Shown here piece after piece: positions 50,337-59,978 of a DNA stretch of 64,000 nt; positions within the stretch are counted from its first letter, which is position 1; every line of letters begins with the position of its first letter. The stretch is taken from positions 25,400 to 89,399 of the forward strand of contig JAXDIL010000118.1 in the NCBI GenBank assembly GCA_034664005.1, given 5' to 3'. Position numbers and translations under genes: made by a program. The notes under the pieces are model-generated. The model was not told where the DNA came from and made no database searches. It saw only the letters and a list, made by a program, of their open reading frames with translations. This DNA is from Thermoleophilaceae bacterium (GTDB taxonomy: Bacteria; Actinomycetota; Thermoleophilia; Solirubrobacterales; Thermoleophilaceae).

Positions 50337-51455
50337 ATGCAAATCCTGTACCTGCATCAGTTCTTCGTGACCCGCGCTGGGGTGGGCGGCACGCGCTCGT
50401 ACGAGTTCGCGCGCCGCTTCGTGGAGCGGGGCCACGCGGTGCGGATGGTAACCGCAGGCGAGCGAACCACCGAAGTGGACGGGATCGAGGTCGTCGGCGT
50501 GCGCGGCGCGTACGCGGACTACATGCGCGCCACCGCGATGTCGAACCTCGGCCGCATGCTCGCGTTCGCGCGCTTTGCCGTCGTGGCGACGCTCGCCGCC
50601 CTCCGCGGCCCGCGGCCGGACGTGATCTACGCGACCTCGCCGCCGCTCACGATGGCGCTGCCCGCCCTCGTCGCCTCGCTCCGCTGGCGCGCGCCGCTCG
50701 TGTTCGAGGTGCGTGACCTCTGGCCGGAGGCGCCGATCCAGATGGGCGCGCTCCGCAACCCGCTCGCGCGGCGGCTTGCGCGGGCGCTCGAACGGCTCGT
50801 CTACTCGCGCAGCGCGCGGCTGATCGCGCTGTCGCCCGGCATCCAGGCGGGGCTGCCGCCCGGACGCTCGGAGTTCGTCCCGAACTCGGCTGACCTCGAC
50901 CTGTTCGACCCCACGCCGCACCGCGGCGACTTCCAGGTCGCCTACTTCGGCGCCATGGGTGAGGCGAACGACCTGACAGCGGCCGTGGAGGCGGCGCGGC
51001 TCCTGCCCGAGGTGCGCTTCGTGCTGATGGGCGACGGCAAGCGCCGCGCCGTGCTGGAGGCGGCGGCGCCGGAGAACGTGGAGTTCCGGAGCGGGAGCAA
51101 GCAGGACGTCGCACGGCTCGCCGCCGAGTCGAGCGCGTGTCTCACGCTCTTCAAGGATGTTCCGGTGCTCGCGACGAACTCCCCGAACAAGCTCTTCGAC
51201 ACCTTTGCCGCGGGACGTCCGGCAATCGTGAACATGGACGGATGGATGCGCGAACTCGTGGAACGGAACGGCGCGGGCCTCTACGTGCGCGCGGGCGACG
51301 CGGCCGACCTGGCCGAGAAGATCGCCTGGCTGCGTGACAACCCCGCCGAGGCGGAGCGAATGGGGCGCAACGCGCGCGAGCTGGCCGAGCGCGACTTCGG
51401 CCGCGACGAGCTGGCCGCCCGCGCGCTGAGCGTGCTCGAGGAGGCCGCGCGCTGA
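50337..51455 (+). CDS. Glycosyltransferase family 4 (GT-B)
   Basis: 372 aa. N-terminal MQILYLHQFF...GGTRSYEFARR and a C-terminal GT1/GT4 block (E-x7-E-like region NGAGLYVRAGDAADLAEKI). Confidence 0.85.
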   Translation: MQILYLHQFFVTRAGVGGTRSYEFARRFVERGHAVRMVTAGERTTEVDGIEVVGVRGAYADYMRATAMSNLGRMLAFARFAVVATLAALRGPRPDVIYATSPPLTMALPALVASLRWRAPLVFEVRDLWPEAPIQMGALRNPLARRLARALERLVYSRSARLIALSPGIQAGLPPGRSEFVPNSADLDLFDPTPHRGDFQVAYFGAMGEANDLTAAVEAARLLPEVRFVLMGDGKRRAVLEAAAPENVEFRSGSKQDVARLAAESSACLTLFKDVPVLATNSPNKLFDTFAAGRPAIVNMDGWMRELVERNGAGLYVRAGDAADLAEKIAWLRDNPAEAERMGRNARELAERDFGRDELAARALSVLEEAAR

Positions 51456-51472
51456 CCGCGCTCTCCTACTGC

Positions 51473-52417
51473 GTGGTGAACACGAACGGGCGCGACCTCC
51501 TGCTCGACTGCCTCGCCGCGATCGAACGCACCCACCCGCAGGACGTGGACCACGAGCTGCTCGTGCTCGACAACGCGTCGACGGACGGCTCCGCCGAGGC
51601 GGTGCGCGAGCGCTACCCGGAGGCGCGCCTGTTCGCGCTCGAGCGCCGCAGCGGCAAGGCCGACAACGACTCGCTCCTGCTCCGCGAGGCGCGCGGGCGC
51701 TACTGCCTGCTCCTGAACGAGGATTCCGAGCTGGACCAGGGCGCGGCTCGCGCGCTGATCGACGCGCTCGACGCGGATCCCGGCGCCGCCGCGGCGGGGG
51801 CGCAGCTCCTGACGAGCGACGGGGAACCGGCCGACTGCGCCTGGCGCCTGCCCGACATCCCGTGGGCGCTCGCGGCCGCCATCTTCCAGCACCGGCGCGT
51901 GGCGGTGCAGAGCAGGGGCACGGTGGTGCGTCCGGTCGGTTGGGTTCAGTCGAGCGCGATGCTCGTGCGGCGCGACGCGGCCGAGCAGGTGGGCTGGCTC
52001 GACGGCGACTTCTTCGTGTACTCGGACGAGACCGACTTCTGCAAGCGGCTCGGCGACGCGGGCTGGCGCATCCTGTTCGTGCCGGACGCGCGTGCGGTGC
52101 ACCACGACCAGCTCGGTACCGACGCGGCCGCGATGACGCGCCGGATCGTCGAGTTCCATCGCAACCGCGACCTCTACTTCAGGAAGCACGGCATGCGCCT
52201 GACGCGGCTCGTGTGGAGGGCGTGCTGGACCTGGGCCTACCTCGTGCGCGCGGCGGTGGCCGCAGTGCTCCCCGGCCACGACCCGCGCCGCTACCTGCTC
52301 CACGCCCGCCAGGAGCTCGTGCCCGGACGCGGCGAGGGGATCCGCGAGGCGGCCGAGGCCCACAACAGGGCCCTGGCTCCTGCGGATAACGTGCGCGCAC
52401 GCCATGGAGCACGCTGA
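51473..52417 (+). CDS. Glycosyltransferase family 2
   Basis: VVNTNGRDLL...LVLDNASTDGS...LLLNEDSE (DXD-type) pattern. The start may lie slightly upstream at a non-ATG codon. Confidence 0.85.
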   Translation: MVNTNGRDLLLDCLAAIERTHPQDVDHELLVLDNASTDGSAEAVRERYPEARLFALERRSGKADNDSLLLREARGRYCLLLNEDSELDQGAARALIDALDADPGAAAAGAQLLTSDGEPADCAWRLPDIPWALAAAIFQHRRVAVQSRGTVVRPVGWVQSSAMLVRRDAAEQVGWLDGDFFVYSDETDFCKRLGDAGWRILFVPDARAVHHDQLGTDAAAMTRRIVEFHRNRDLYFRKHGMRLTRLVWRACWTWAYLVRAAVAAVLPGHDPRRYLLHARQELVPGRGEGIREAAEAHNRALAPADNVRARHGAR

Positions 52418-53882
52418 CACCGCCCAACTGGCCGCACTGGGTGGCGCGCTCGGAGCGGTGCTCGTGCTTCTTGCCGGCGGTCGCGCCGCGCGCGTCCTGC
52501 TGCTGGCCGGACTCGTGCTGCTCGCCGGCGCGGAGCTGGTGCTTGCCTGGGCGCTCGGGGGCGGCCCACTCGAACGGCTGAGTGGCGCGTCGGCGGCGGG
52601 CGCGCTCGTGCTCGGGGTGGTGGCGATCGGGGCGGCGGCAGCGCTGTTCGTGCGGCGCCCCGCGTGGGTGCCGCTCGCCGTCCTCGTGGCCGCGCCGCTG
52701 CGGCCGCCGCTCTCGTTCGACAGCTCGAGCGCGCTGCTGGTGCAAATCGCCAGCGACGGACGGCTCGGCCGTCTGCTGCCGCTCTACTTCGTGCTGGCCG
52801 CCGCTGCCACGGCACTCGGCTGGCGGGCGCTTCGCGGTGCGGAGCTGCGCGCGCTGCCGCGCGCGATCGCGCTGCCGGCCGCCGCGTTCTTCGCCTTCGC
52901 GTGCTGCTCGCTCTTGTGGGCGGACGACGTGGAGGCCGCCACCAACCTGCTGCTCTTCTTCACGCTGCCGTTCGCCACGCTGGTGGCCACGGTCGCGCGC
53001 GCCGAGTTCCCGCCCTGGGCGCCACGGGCGCTGGCGGTCACGGCACTCGCTCTGGCGAGCGTGTTCGCAGCCGTCGGCCTCTGGCAGGCCGCCACCCACA
53101 AGCTGTTCTTCTACGCGCCCAACCTCGCGGCGTCGAACGCGAACACGGAGTACTTCCGCGTCACGTCGCTGTTCGGCGACCCCAGCCTGTACGGGCGGCA
53201 CGTCGTGCTCGGCCTCGGCGTGGCGCTCGCGCTGCTCGCCACGCGGCGCTGGCGCACCTGGCCGCTGATCGCGCTCGTGGTGCTGATGTGGGCCGGCCTC
53301 CTGTTCTCCTACTCGCAGTCGAGCATGGTCGCCCTGCTGGCGATCACGCTCGCGGTCGCGGTCGCCACCGGTAACCGGCGTGTGCGCCGCGCGGTCGCGC
53401 TGCTCGCGGCGGCCGCTGCGCTGGTCGCCTGCGTGTACGTCGCCGTGCAGGTCGCCGACGGCAAGAGCTTGAACAGGATCACCAGTGACCGGACCGAGCG
53501 CGTTCAGGACGCCGTGCGCGTGATCGAGAAGCATCCGATCGCGGGAGTCGGCATCGGTGGACAGCCGCGCGCAAGCAGGCAGATCGCGAGGAGCGACCGG
53601 CCGACGCCCAACTTCGTCTCGCACACGACGCCGCTGACCGTGTTCGCCGAGCTGGGCGCGATCGGGCTCGCGCTGTACGCGTGGCTGCTCGCCGGCGGCG
53701 CGTGGCTGATCCTGCGCACGCGCCGGCGCGACGAGGCGCTCGGCCTGGCCCTCGGGGCGGCCTTCCTCGGGCTGTTCGTGCACGCGCTCTCCTACAGCGG
53801 CTTCCTCGAGGACCCGCTCACCTGGTTCGTGATCGCGACCGCCGCCGCGTACTGCATGCAGCCGGCCAGGGCCACCGCATGA
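52404..53882 (+). CDS. O-antigen ligase/polymerase family (Wzy_C-like) membrane protein
   Basis: 492 aa, about 10-12 TM helices. The loop region has SYSQSSMVALL and HTTPLTVFAELG, typical of O-antigen ligase-like proteins. Confidence 0.75.
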   Translation: MEHADTAQLAALGGALGAVLVLLAGGRAARVLLLAGLVLLAGAELVLAWALGGGPLERLSGASAAGALVLGVVAIGAAAALFVRRPAWVPLAVLVAAPLRPPLSFDSSSALLVQIASDGRLGRLLPLYFVLAAAATALGWRALRGAELRALPRAIALPAAAFFAFACCSLLWADDVEAATNLLLFFTLPFATLVATVARAEFPPWAPRALAVTALALASVFAAVGLWQAATHKLFFYAPNLAASNANTEYFRVTSLFGDPSLYGRHVVLGLGVALALLATRRWRTWPLIALVVLMWAGLLFSYSQSSMVALLAITLAVAVATGNRRVRRAVALLAAAAALVACVYVAVQVADGKSLNRITSDRTERVQDAVRVIEKHPIAGVGIGGQPRASRQIARSDRPTPNFVSHTTPLTVFAELGAIGLALYAWLLAGGAWLILRTRRRDEALGLALGAAFLGLFVHALSYSGFLEDPLTWFVIATAAAYCMQPARATA

Positions 53883-55192
53883 GCGAGCGGCAGTCATGGG
53901 CGCTCGTGGGAGTGCTGTTCGCGCTCGTGGCGATCACCCTGCCGGAGCTCGGCTCGGAGCCGTGGCGGTTCCGCCCGCCGAGCGTCGATCCGCAGGGTCC
54001 GCTCGCCCCGCTCGTGCGAGCCGCCGGCGAGGAATGGGACGTGGGCATTGCACGCGCGGCCGCCTTCGCGGCGGCACTGCTCTGCGGAGCGGTGGCGGTC
54101 TACCTGCTTGCGCGCCGGCCCGCCGGCCTGCCGCGCTTCGGCGGCATCGCGCTGGTACTCGCGGTCGGCGTGCTGCTGGCCGCGCCGTCGACCCTGCTTC
54201 AGCTCGGCCTGCGCGACTCCACCGCGCCCTGGTTCTTCACGAACGACTCGACCTACCAGGCCGAGCTGGGCGGCGAGCTCGTGCTGCATCTCGACAACCC
54301 CTACGGCCACGACTACACGAGGTCCGGGCTCGAGCGCTTCTACACGCGCGACGGCAGCGTCTCGGAGCGCGTGCGGGAGCGCGAGGTGGCGCTCGAGCAC
54401 TTCGCCTACTTCCCGGGCGCCGCGATCACCGCCGCGGTCTGGAAGTTGCTCCCCGAGCCGTTCGACGACTACCGGCTGCTCGTGCTGCTCGCGACGCTGG
54501 CCCTGCTCCCGGCCGCGCTGGTGTTTCGCGGTCCGCTCGGCTGGCGGCTCGTGCTCGGCGCGGTGCTCGTGTGCAACCCGATCGCGGTCCGCTCGGCCTG
54601 GTTCGGGCAGAACGACGCGCCCAGCCTGCTGCTCCTCGTGCTCGCTTTCGCGCTCGTGACGCGCCGCCGCTTCGCGTGGGCGGCCGCGGCGCTCGCGGGC
54701 GCGATCCTGCTGAAGCAGTTCGCGGTCGTGGCGCTGCCGTTCCTCGCGCTGATGATCCCGCGCGAGGAGTGGCGGCGCTCCGGGCTCGCCTTCGGCGGGG
54801 TCCTGGCCGCGGGCGTGCTCCCGTTCCTGGTCGCCGACCCCGTCGCCTTCTACGACGACACCGTCAGGTACGGCGCCCGCACCTACAAGATCGTGGGCTA
54901 CGGGCTGTCGGCGATCCTCGTCCGGCTCGGCATCCTCGACGACCGCGACGGGAGCTACCCGTTCGCCCTGATCGCGCTCCTGACCTGGGTGCCGCTCACG
55001 GTCTGGCTGCTGATGGCCCAGCGGCGCGCCACGGAGCTCTGGGCCGGGGCTGCGGCGTTCGCCATCTCCATCCTGTGGCTGATGTTCATCGGCCGGACCT
55101 TCAACAACTACTACCTCGTCTGGCCCATGACGGGCGCGATCGTGGCCGCGCTCCTGGCGGTAGGGTCGCTGCGTGCTCCAGCACGAGGGTGA
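53879..55192 (+). CDS. Polytopic membrane protein, GT-C type (DUF2029/GT87-like) glycosyltransferase candidate
   Basis: 437 aa from ATG 53879 (ATGA overlap with the upstream stop), multiple TM helices. The family call is tentative. The track start 53681 is run-on. Confidence 0.6.
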   Translation: MSERQSWALVGVLFALVAITLPELGSEPWRFRPPSVDPQGPLAPLVRAAGEEWDVGIARAAAFAAALLCGAVAVYLLARRPAGLPRFGGIALVLAVGVLLAAPSTLLQLGLRDSTAPWFFTNDSTYQAELGGELVLHLDNPYGHDYTRSGLERFYTRDGSVSERVREREVALEHFAYFPGAAITAAVWKLLPEPFDDYRLLVLLATLALLPAALVFRGPLGWRLVLGAVLVCNPIAVRSAWFGQNDAPSLLLLVLAFALVTRRRFAWAAAALAGAILLKQFAVVALPFLALMIPREEWRRSGLAFGGVLAAGVLPFLVADPVAFYDDTVRYGARTYKIVGYGLSAILVRLGILDDRDGSYPFALIALLTWVPLTVWLLMAQRRATELWAGAAAFAISILWLMFIGRTFNNYYLVWPMTGAIVAALLAVGSLRAPARG

Positions 55193-55715
55193 CCGCGCGC
55201 GCTGCGCGGTGCTGCTCCCGGGCGTGCGCTACTTCAGCCAGGCGCCGCTCCTCTGGTTCGCGCGCGAGCTAGCTCAGGCCCGAGGCTGGTCCGTGGTCGA
55301 GGTCGACGAACGCGCGCCTGAGGACAGGAAGCCGTTCGAGTGGATGCGTGAGACGGCTGAGCGGGCGCTCGCGGCCGCCGCGGGCGCTGAGCTCGTGGTC
55401 GTCGTGGGCAAGTCGCTGGGAAGCGCCGCCGCCCCGCTCGTGCGCGGCCCCGCGGTATGGCTCACGCCGCTCCTGATCCGGCCGGAGATCGTCGCGGCGC
55501 TGGAGGCCACGGAGGCGCCCACGCTGCTCGTCGGGAGCCCGGACGACCCGACCTGGGGCGACGGCCGCGTGCCACGGAACGAGGCCGTCGAGGTGCTCGA
55601 GCTACCCGGCCTCGACCACTCGCTTCAGGTCGAGGGCGACCCGCTCGCGTCCCTCGACGTGCTGCGCACCGTCACCGGGAGGCTTGGCGCCTTTCTCGAC
55701 GACGCTTCTGCTTGA
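55173..55715 (+). CDS. Small alpha/beta hydrolase fold protein
   Basis: 180 aa. Nucleophile elbow VVGKSLGSAA, later D and H (LDHSLQ). Confidence 0.65.
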   Translation: MLQHEGDRARCAVLLPGVRYFSQAPLLWFARELAQARGWSVVEVDERAPEDRKPFEWMRETAERALAAAAGAELVVVVGKSLGSAAAPLVRGPAVWLTPLLIRPEIVAALEATEAPTLLVGSPDDPTWGDGRVPRNEAVEVLELPGLDHSLQVEGDPLASLDVLRTVTGRLGAFLDDASA

Positions 55716-57012
55716 GGTACGCCTTCACGACGTCCGAGCCGGGCTTGGCGAACGCGAACTGCCCCGCCCGTCCCGTGAGATACATGCGCTCCTTGTCGGC
55801 CACCACCGGGTTCGCGTACTTGCCGGCCGGGAAGCGCCACACCTGCTTGCCGTCGCGAGCTCGCACCGCGTAGGTGGCGTCCGGCCCGCGCGCCACGGCG
55901 CGCTGCGCCTCCGAGCCGCAGCTCGAGCAGACCGCGTAGTAGACAAGGCCGCTCATCACCGTCGGCGCCCCGTGCACAGCGCCGTGCGCGTCGATCTGCC
56001 AGCGCACGTCGCCGGTGGCCGCGTCCAGCGCGTAGAACTTGCCGTCGTACGTGCCGACGAAGACCCTGCGGTTGTGGACCGCGGCGGCGCCGTAGATGTA
56101 GCTCCCGAGCGGACGCGCCCAAAGCAGCCTGCCGCTCTTCGCGCCGTACACGTACATCGTGCCGTCGGTGCTGCCGATGTACACGCGGCCGTAGGCGACC
56201 GTCGGGGTCGCATAGAAGAACTCGCGTGCCCTCTGCTGCCCGGTCCAGATCAACTTGCCCGTCTTGGCGTTGAGCGAGTAGAGCGTTCCCCCGTCCGAGG
56301 CGATGAAGATGCGCCGCTTCCAGTACGCAGCGGAGGTGTTCACCTCGTTGTCGGCCTCGAAGCGCCAGATGCGCTTGCCGGTCTCCGCGTTGATCGCGTG
56401 CACGGCGTGGTCCCATGCGCCGACGTAGAGCCGGTTGCCGTGCAGCAGCGGCGAGGACTCGAACGGCGCGCCCTCGTAGCGCCAGCGCTCGCGCCCGGTC
56501 TGGGCATCCCACGCTACGACGAAGCCATCCGCACCCGCCTGTCCCTGCGCGCAGACCACGCGGTGCATGTAGGCCTGGTAGACGACTCCCTTGCCGATCG
56601 TGGGCGACGCGGCGGCGCAGCGCCCGAGGCTCTTGCGCCAGGAGACGCGGCCCGTCTCGGCGTTCAGCGCGAAGAACAGTCCCTTCTGCTGGGCCACGTA
56701 GACCCGGCCGTAGCCCACAGCCGGCGGGAACTCGACCGTGTCGTGCGCGTCGATCGACCAGAGCCGCTTGTAGGGCGGACGGTGGTTGTAGGGGGAGACG
56801 TGCGAGCGCTCGTTGTCGTAGCCGTAGGTCGGCCACGGGCGCGGATCGTCCGGCTTGGGAGGCGGCTTCTGCTCCTCCTCGGTCGTCACGAACTCCTCCG
56901 TGGCGGAGCCGCGCTTCTCGATTGGGTCATCTTGGCGGACGTACAGGCCGATCGCGACCGCGAGGACGATCACGACAAGCCCGCCTCCCACCAGCAGGCG
57001 TCGTCGGGTCAC
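55672..57012 (-). CDS. PQQ-like beta-propeller repeat protein, membrane anchored
   Basis: 446 aa. N-terminal TM (LLVGGGLVVIVLAVAIGLYV). Repeated ...G-V-Y-V/ALDA-TG-W... blades (FFALNAETGRVSWR, VVAWDAQTGRERWR, VHAINAETGKRIWR, LYSLNAKTGKLIW, FYALDAATGDVRWQ). Confidence 0.85.
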   Translation of the reverse strand: MTRRRLLVGGGLVVIVLAVAIGLYVRQDDPIEKRGSATEEFVTTEEEQKPPPKPDDPRPWPTYGYDNERSHVSPYNHRPPYKRLWSIDAHDTVEFPPAVGYGRVYVAQQKGLFFALNAETGRVSWRKSLGRCAAASPTIGKGVVYQAYMHRVVCAQGQAGADGFVVAWDAQTGRERWRYEGAPFESSPLLHGNRLYVGAWDHAVHAINAETGKRIWRFEADNEVNTSAAYWKRRIFIASDGGTLYSLNAKTGKLIWTGQQRAREFFYATPTVAYGRVYIGSTDGTMYVYGAKSGRLLWARPLGSYIYGAAAVHNRRVFVGTYDGKFYALDAATGDVRWQIDAHGAVHGAPTVMSGLVYYAVCSSCGSEAQRAVARGPDATYAVRARDGKQVWRFPAGKYANPVVADKERMYLTGRAGQFAFAKPGSDVVKAYLKQKRRRERRQASR

Positions 57013-57034
57013 GCGGGGCAGGATGGCAAACGCG

Positions 57035-58852
57035 TCAGCGAGAGCCGCCGGACAGGAGCTTCCAGATGCGTCTTGTCACTTGCGGGAGCTCGAGGCTGAG
57101 CGCCGATTCGTTCAGCTCGCGCGCCCACTGGGGCGTTCCGGCTCGCATCACGATGCCGCCACCAAGGCCGAAGGCCACGAAGGCGGGGCGGCCCGCGTCG
57201 CGGCCGGCCTGCGACATCGGGCGAGCGGAGCGGGGCAGGCCCGACGAGGGCTCGAACGTGGTGAACTCGCCGACGAAGCCGGACACGCCCTCGAACAGGC
57301 CGAGCGAGTCGTCGAACACGGTCAGCGGGGCAGCGCTCGTGTGCACCAGCTCGGTCCGCTCGCCGAACGCGTTCTCGCGCCGCGGCGGCGACGGCCTGCT
57401 CACCACGGCGCCGCGCAGATCCACCGTCCGCTTGAAGGAGTCGGCGCCGAAGGCCGTGACGCGCCCGCCGTCCGCCACGTAGTCGCGCAGGCGCTTCAGC
57501 AACTCCTCGGGCAGCCACAGCTCGCTGCCCGCGAACGCCACGCCGGGCGCGTTGCCGAGTGTCGGCCCCTCGCGGCGGGCGAGGGCGAGGTCGGTGGTGA
57601 GGTCGTAGGGCAGGCGCTCACGGTCTAGCCAGCGCAGGAGCGGCGACACCTCCGAGTCGAAGCGCTTCGGCAGCTCGCCGTCCGCGAACGGGCGGTCGAG
57701 GTGGACCTGCTGCGAGAACGGGAGTCGGTCCGAGAACCCGTCGGCATCGTCGTCCACCCGGTTCAGTCCCTGCCACGTGAACGCGGGCAGCACCACGAGC
57801 GGACGCGCCTCGCCGCGCGCGCTGCGCGGCGGCAGACCCGCCACCGCAAGTGGCCACACGGCGCGCTCGGCCTCGTCGCGCACGCGCAGCACGTACACGC
57901 CGGTGCGCATCTTGCTCGGCACGTGTATGCGGAAGCGCCCGCCGAGACGGTCGCCGTGGAGCACCGGCTTCGGGTCGCCGAGCCGCGAGACCACCCAGTC
58001 GAAGCTGCGGTCGACCGGGCCCAGCTCGAAGTGCGCGAACGCGCCGGCTGTCACAGCCGACAGCGGGCCGCGCAGCGTGAAGTTCCGGACCGACACGCCG
58101 GTGCCCGGGAGCGCCGCCCGCGCGGTCGGCACACGCCGCGGTGCCTCGGTGAGGTTCCCGGCGCGGTCGCGCACCGCCACGGTGAAGGCGTAGTCGCCCT
58201 CGGGGGCCGGCTCGGTGCGCTCGGGCCCGGCGCTCACGCGGCCGTCCCAGACGGCCGTGCGGTCGGGCCCGCCGCGGAAGCGCCTGACGACGCGCGGCTC
58301 GCCCTGCCCGGTGCGGAACACGCGCACCTCCGGCGCCTGGTTGCGCGGCCCGCGGTAGCGGAGCCGCACCGCCTGCGGCTCGCCGGGCAGGCCGGTCGCG
58401 ATCACGGACGGCTCGGCGGAGTCGAGCGTCACCCGCGGCGGGACGCGGTCGACGGTGATCTCCTTCTGCGAGTCGATCACGCGGCTCTCGTCGCGGCGGA
58501 CCACGCGCATCCGGTAGGTGCCGTCGGGCACGCCGCTGCCGTCGTCGTCGCGGCCGTCCCACTCGAAGCGGTGCTTCGCGTCGCCGGCCAGGCGCCGGCC
58601 GTTCACGATGCGGCGAACCTCGGTTCCCTCGGCGTCCACGACCATGAACGAGACGTTCGCGGGCTCCGAGAGGTCGAAGCCGATGCGAGTCGTGTCGCGG
58701 TAGCCGTCGCCGTTCGGGGAGAAGTGCGCCGGCTTCGTCGCGAAGCGGATCACGAGCGGGAAATCGCCCTTCAGCTGCTGTGTCAGGAAGAAGGCGGCGG
58801 CGGTCGCCACCACGACGACCGCGAACACCGCCCGGACCAGCGGCCGGGTCAT
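57035..58852 (-). CDS. Membrane-anchored protein with FlgD-Ig-like domains
   Basis: 605 aa. N-terminal TM. FSPNGDGYRDTTRIGFDLSEPANVSFMVVDAEGTEV...FEWDGRDDDGSGVPDGTYRMRV resembles FlgD Ig-like/FlgD_ig modules. The C-terminal half is unassigned. Confidence 0.65.
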   Translation of the reverse strand: MTRPLVRAVFAVVVVATAAAFFLTQQLKGDFPLVIRFATKPAHFSPNGDGYRDTTRIGFDLSEPANVSFMVVDAEGTEVRRIVNGRRLAGDAKHRFEWDGRDDDGSGVPDGTYRMRVVRRDESRVIDSQKEITVDRVPPRVTLDSAEPSVIATGLPGEPQAVRLRYRGPRNQAPEVRVFRTGQGEPRVVRRFRGGPDRTAVWDGRVSAGPERTEPAPEGDYAFTVAVRDRAGNLTEAPRRVPTARAALPGTGVSVRNFTLRGPLSAVTAGAFAHFELGPVDRSFDWVVSRLGDPKPVLHGDRLGGRFRIHVPSKMRTGVYVLRVRDEAERAVWPLAVAGLPPRSARGEARPLVVLPAFTWQGLNRVDDDADGFSDRLPFSQQVHLDRPFADGELPKRFDSEVSPLLRWLDRERLPYDLTTDLALARREGPTLGNAPGVAFAGSELWLPEELLKRLRDYVADGGRVTAFGADSFKRTVDLRGAVVSRPSPPRRENAFGERTELVHTSAAPLTVFDDSLGLFEGVSGFVGEFTTFEPSSGLPRSARPMSQAGRDAGRPAFVAFGLGGGIVMRAGTPQWARELNESALSLELPQVTRRIWKLLSGGSR

Positions 58853-58892
58853 CGAGCGCGGAGCCGGGTCATCGGGGGCCGGACCCTAGAGA

Positions 58893-59978
58893 ATGCCCTG
58901 CGTGCGAGTGCACCTGATCGATCCCTCGGGCGACGTCCTGCCGTACGACCACGCGTTGGCCGGCGCTCTTGCCCGGCGCGGGCTGGACGTGGAGCTCGTC
59001 ACGTCACGCTTCGTGCACGGGCCGCCGCCCGCGCCGGAGGGCTACGGCGTGACCGAGTCGTTCTACAGGCTCGCCACGCGCCTGGGCGATCGCGCACCGC
59101 GGCGCCGGCGCGCCGTGAAGCTCGCCGAGCACGTGCCGGACATGCTCCGCTACCGGCGCCGTGCGGACGCCGCCGACGTGCGCCACTTCCAGTGGCTCCC
59201 GCTCGAGCGGATCGACGGCTACCTGCTTCCGGCCGAGCGCCCGCGCGTGCTCACGATGCACAACGTGATCCGCGGCGAGGCGGTGGATCGCCGGCTCGCG
59301 AGCCGGATGGACGCGGTGATCGTGCACACGCGCCAGGGCGCCGAGCTGCTCGGCGGCGGGGAGCGCGTCCACGTGATCCCGCACGGAGCGTTCGAGCACC
59401 TCACGCGCCAGCGCGACGAGCGCCCGCTGCCGCCCGAGCTCGCGGCAGTCGAGCGGCCGGTGGTCCTCTACTTCGGCGTCGTGCGTCCCTACAAGGGCGT
59501 GGACGTGCTCGTCGAGGCGTTCAACCAGGTCCCGGACGCGGAGCTGTGGGTGGTTGGGCGCCCGCTCGGGGTGTCGATCGAGCCCTTGCGTCGGATCGCG
59601 CCGCCCGGGCGCGTGCGCTTCGTGGACCGCTATGTGGCAGACGCCGAGCTGCCCGCCTTCTTCCGGCGCGCCGACCTGCTCGTGCTGCCGCACCTCAGCA
59701 TCGACGTGTCGGGCGTGCTGTTCGCCGGGCTCGCCTTCGGCAAGGCCATGGTGATGAGCGACGTTGGCGGCTTCCGGGAGATCGTGGAGGAGCACGGCGC
59801 GGGCGTGCTCACGCCACCCGGGGACCGCGAGGCGCTCGCGAGCACGATCAGCCGGCTGCTGGCCGACCCGGAGGAGCGGCACGCCCTCGAGGCGCGCGCG
59901 GCCGAGGCAGCCGCCGGGCCGTTCTCCTGGGACCGGATCGCCGAGCAAACCCACGCTCTGTACGAGAAGCTGAGCTAA
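58893..59978 (+). CDS. Glycosyltransferase family 4/1 (GT-B)
   Basis: 361 aa. Central and C-terminal GT1 blocks (VVLYFGVVRPYKGVDVL, LVLPHLSIDVSGVLFAGLAFGKAMVMSDVGGFREIV). Confidence 0.85.
   Translation: MPCVRVHLIDPSGDVLPYDHALAGALARRGLDVELVTSRFVHGPPPAPEGYGVTESFYRLATRLGDRAPRRRRAVKLAEHVPDMLRYRRRADAADVRHFQWLPLERIDGYLLPAERPRVLTMHNVIRGEAVDRRLASRMDAVIVHTRQGAELLGGGERVHVIPHGAFEHLTRQRDERPLPPELAAVERPVVLYFGVVRPYKGVDVLVEAFNQVPDAELWVVGRPLGVSIEPLRRIAPPGRVRFVDRYVADAELPAFFRRADLLVLPHLSIDVSGVLFAGLAFGKAMVMSDVGGFREIVEEHGAGVLTPPGDREALASTISRLLADPEERHALEARAAEAAAGPFSWDRIAEQTHALYEKLS

Noticed and set aside
52179-53897. 572-aa minus-strand ORF and other long ORFs opposite the O-antigen-ligase-like gene
   Set aside because: Extremely Arg/Gly/Glu-rich antisense translation. 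The plus strand encodes a coherent polytopic membrane protein.
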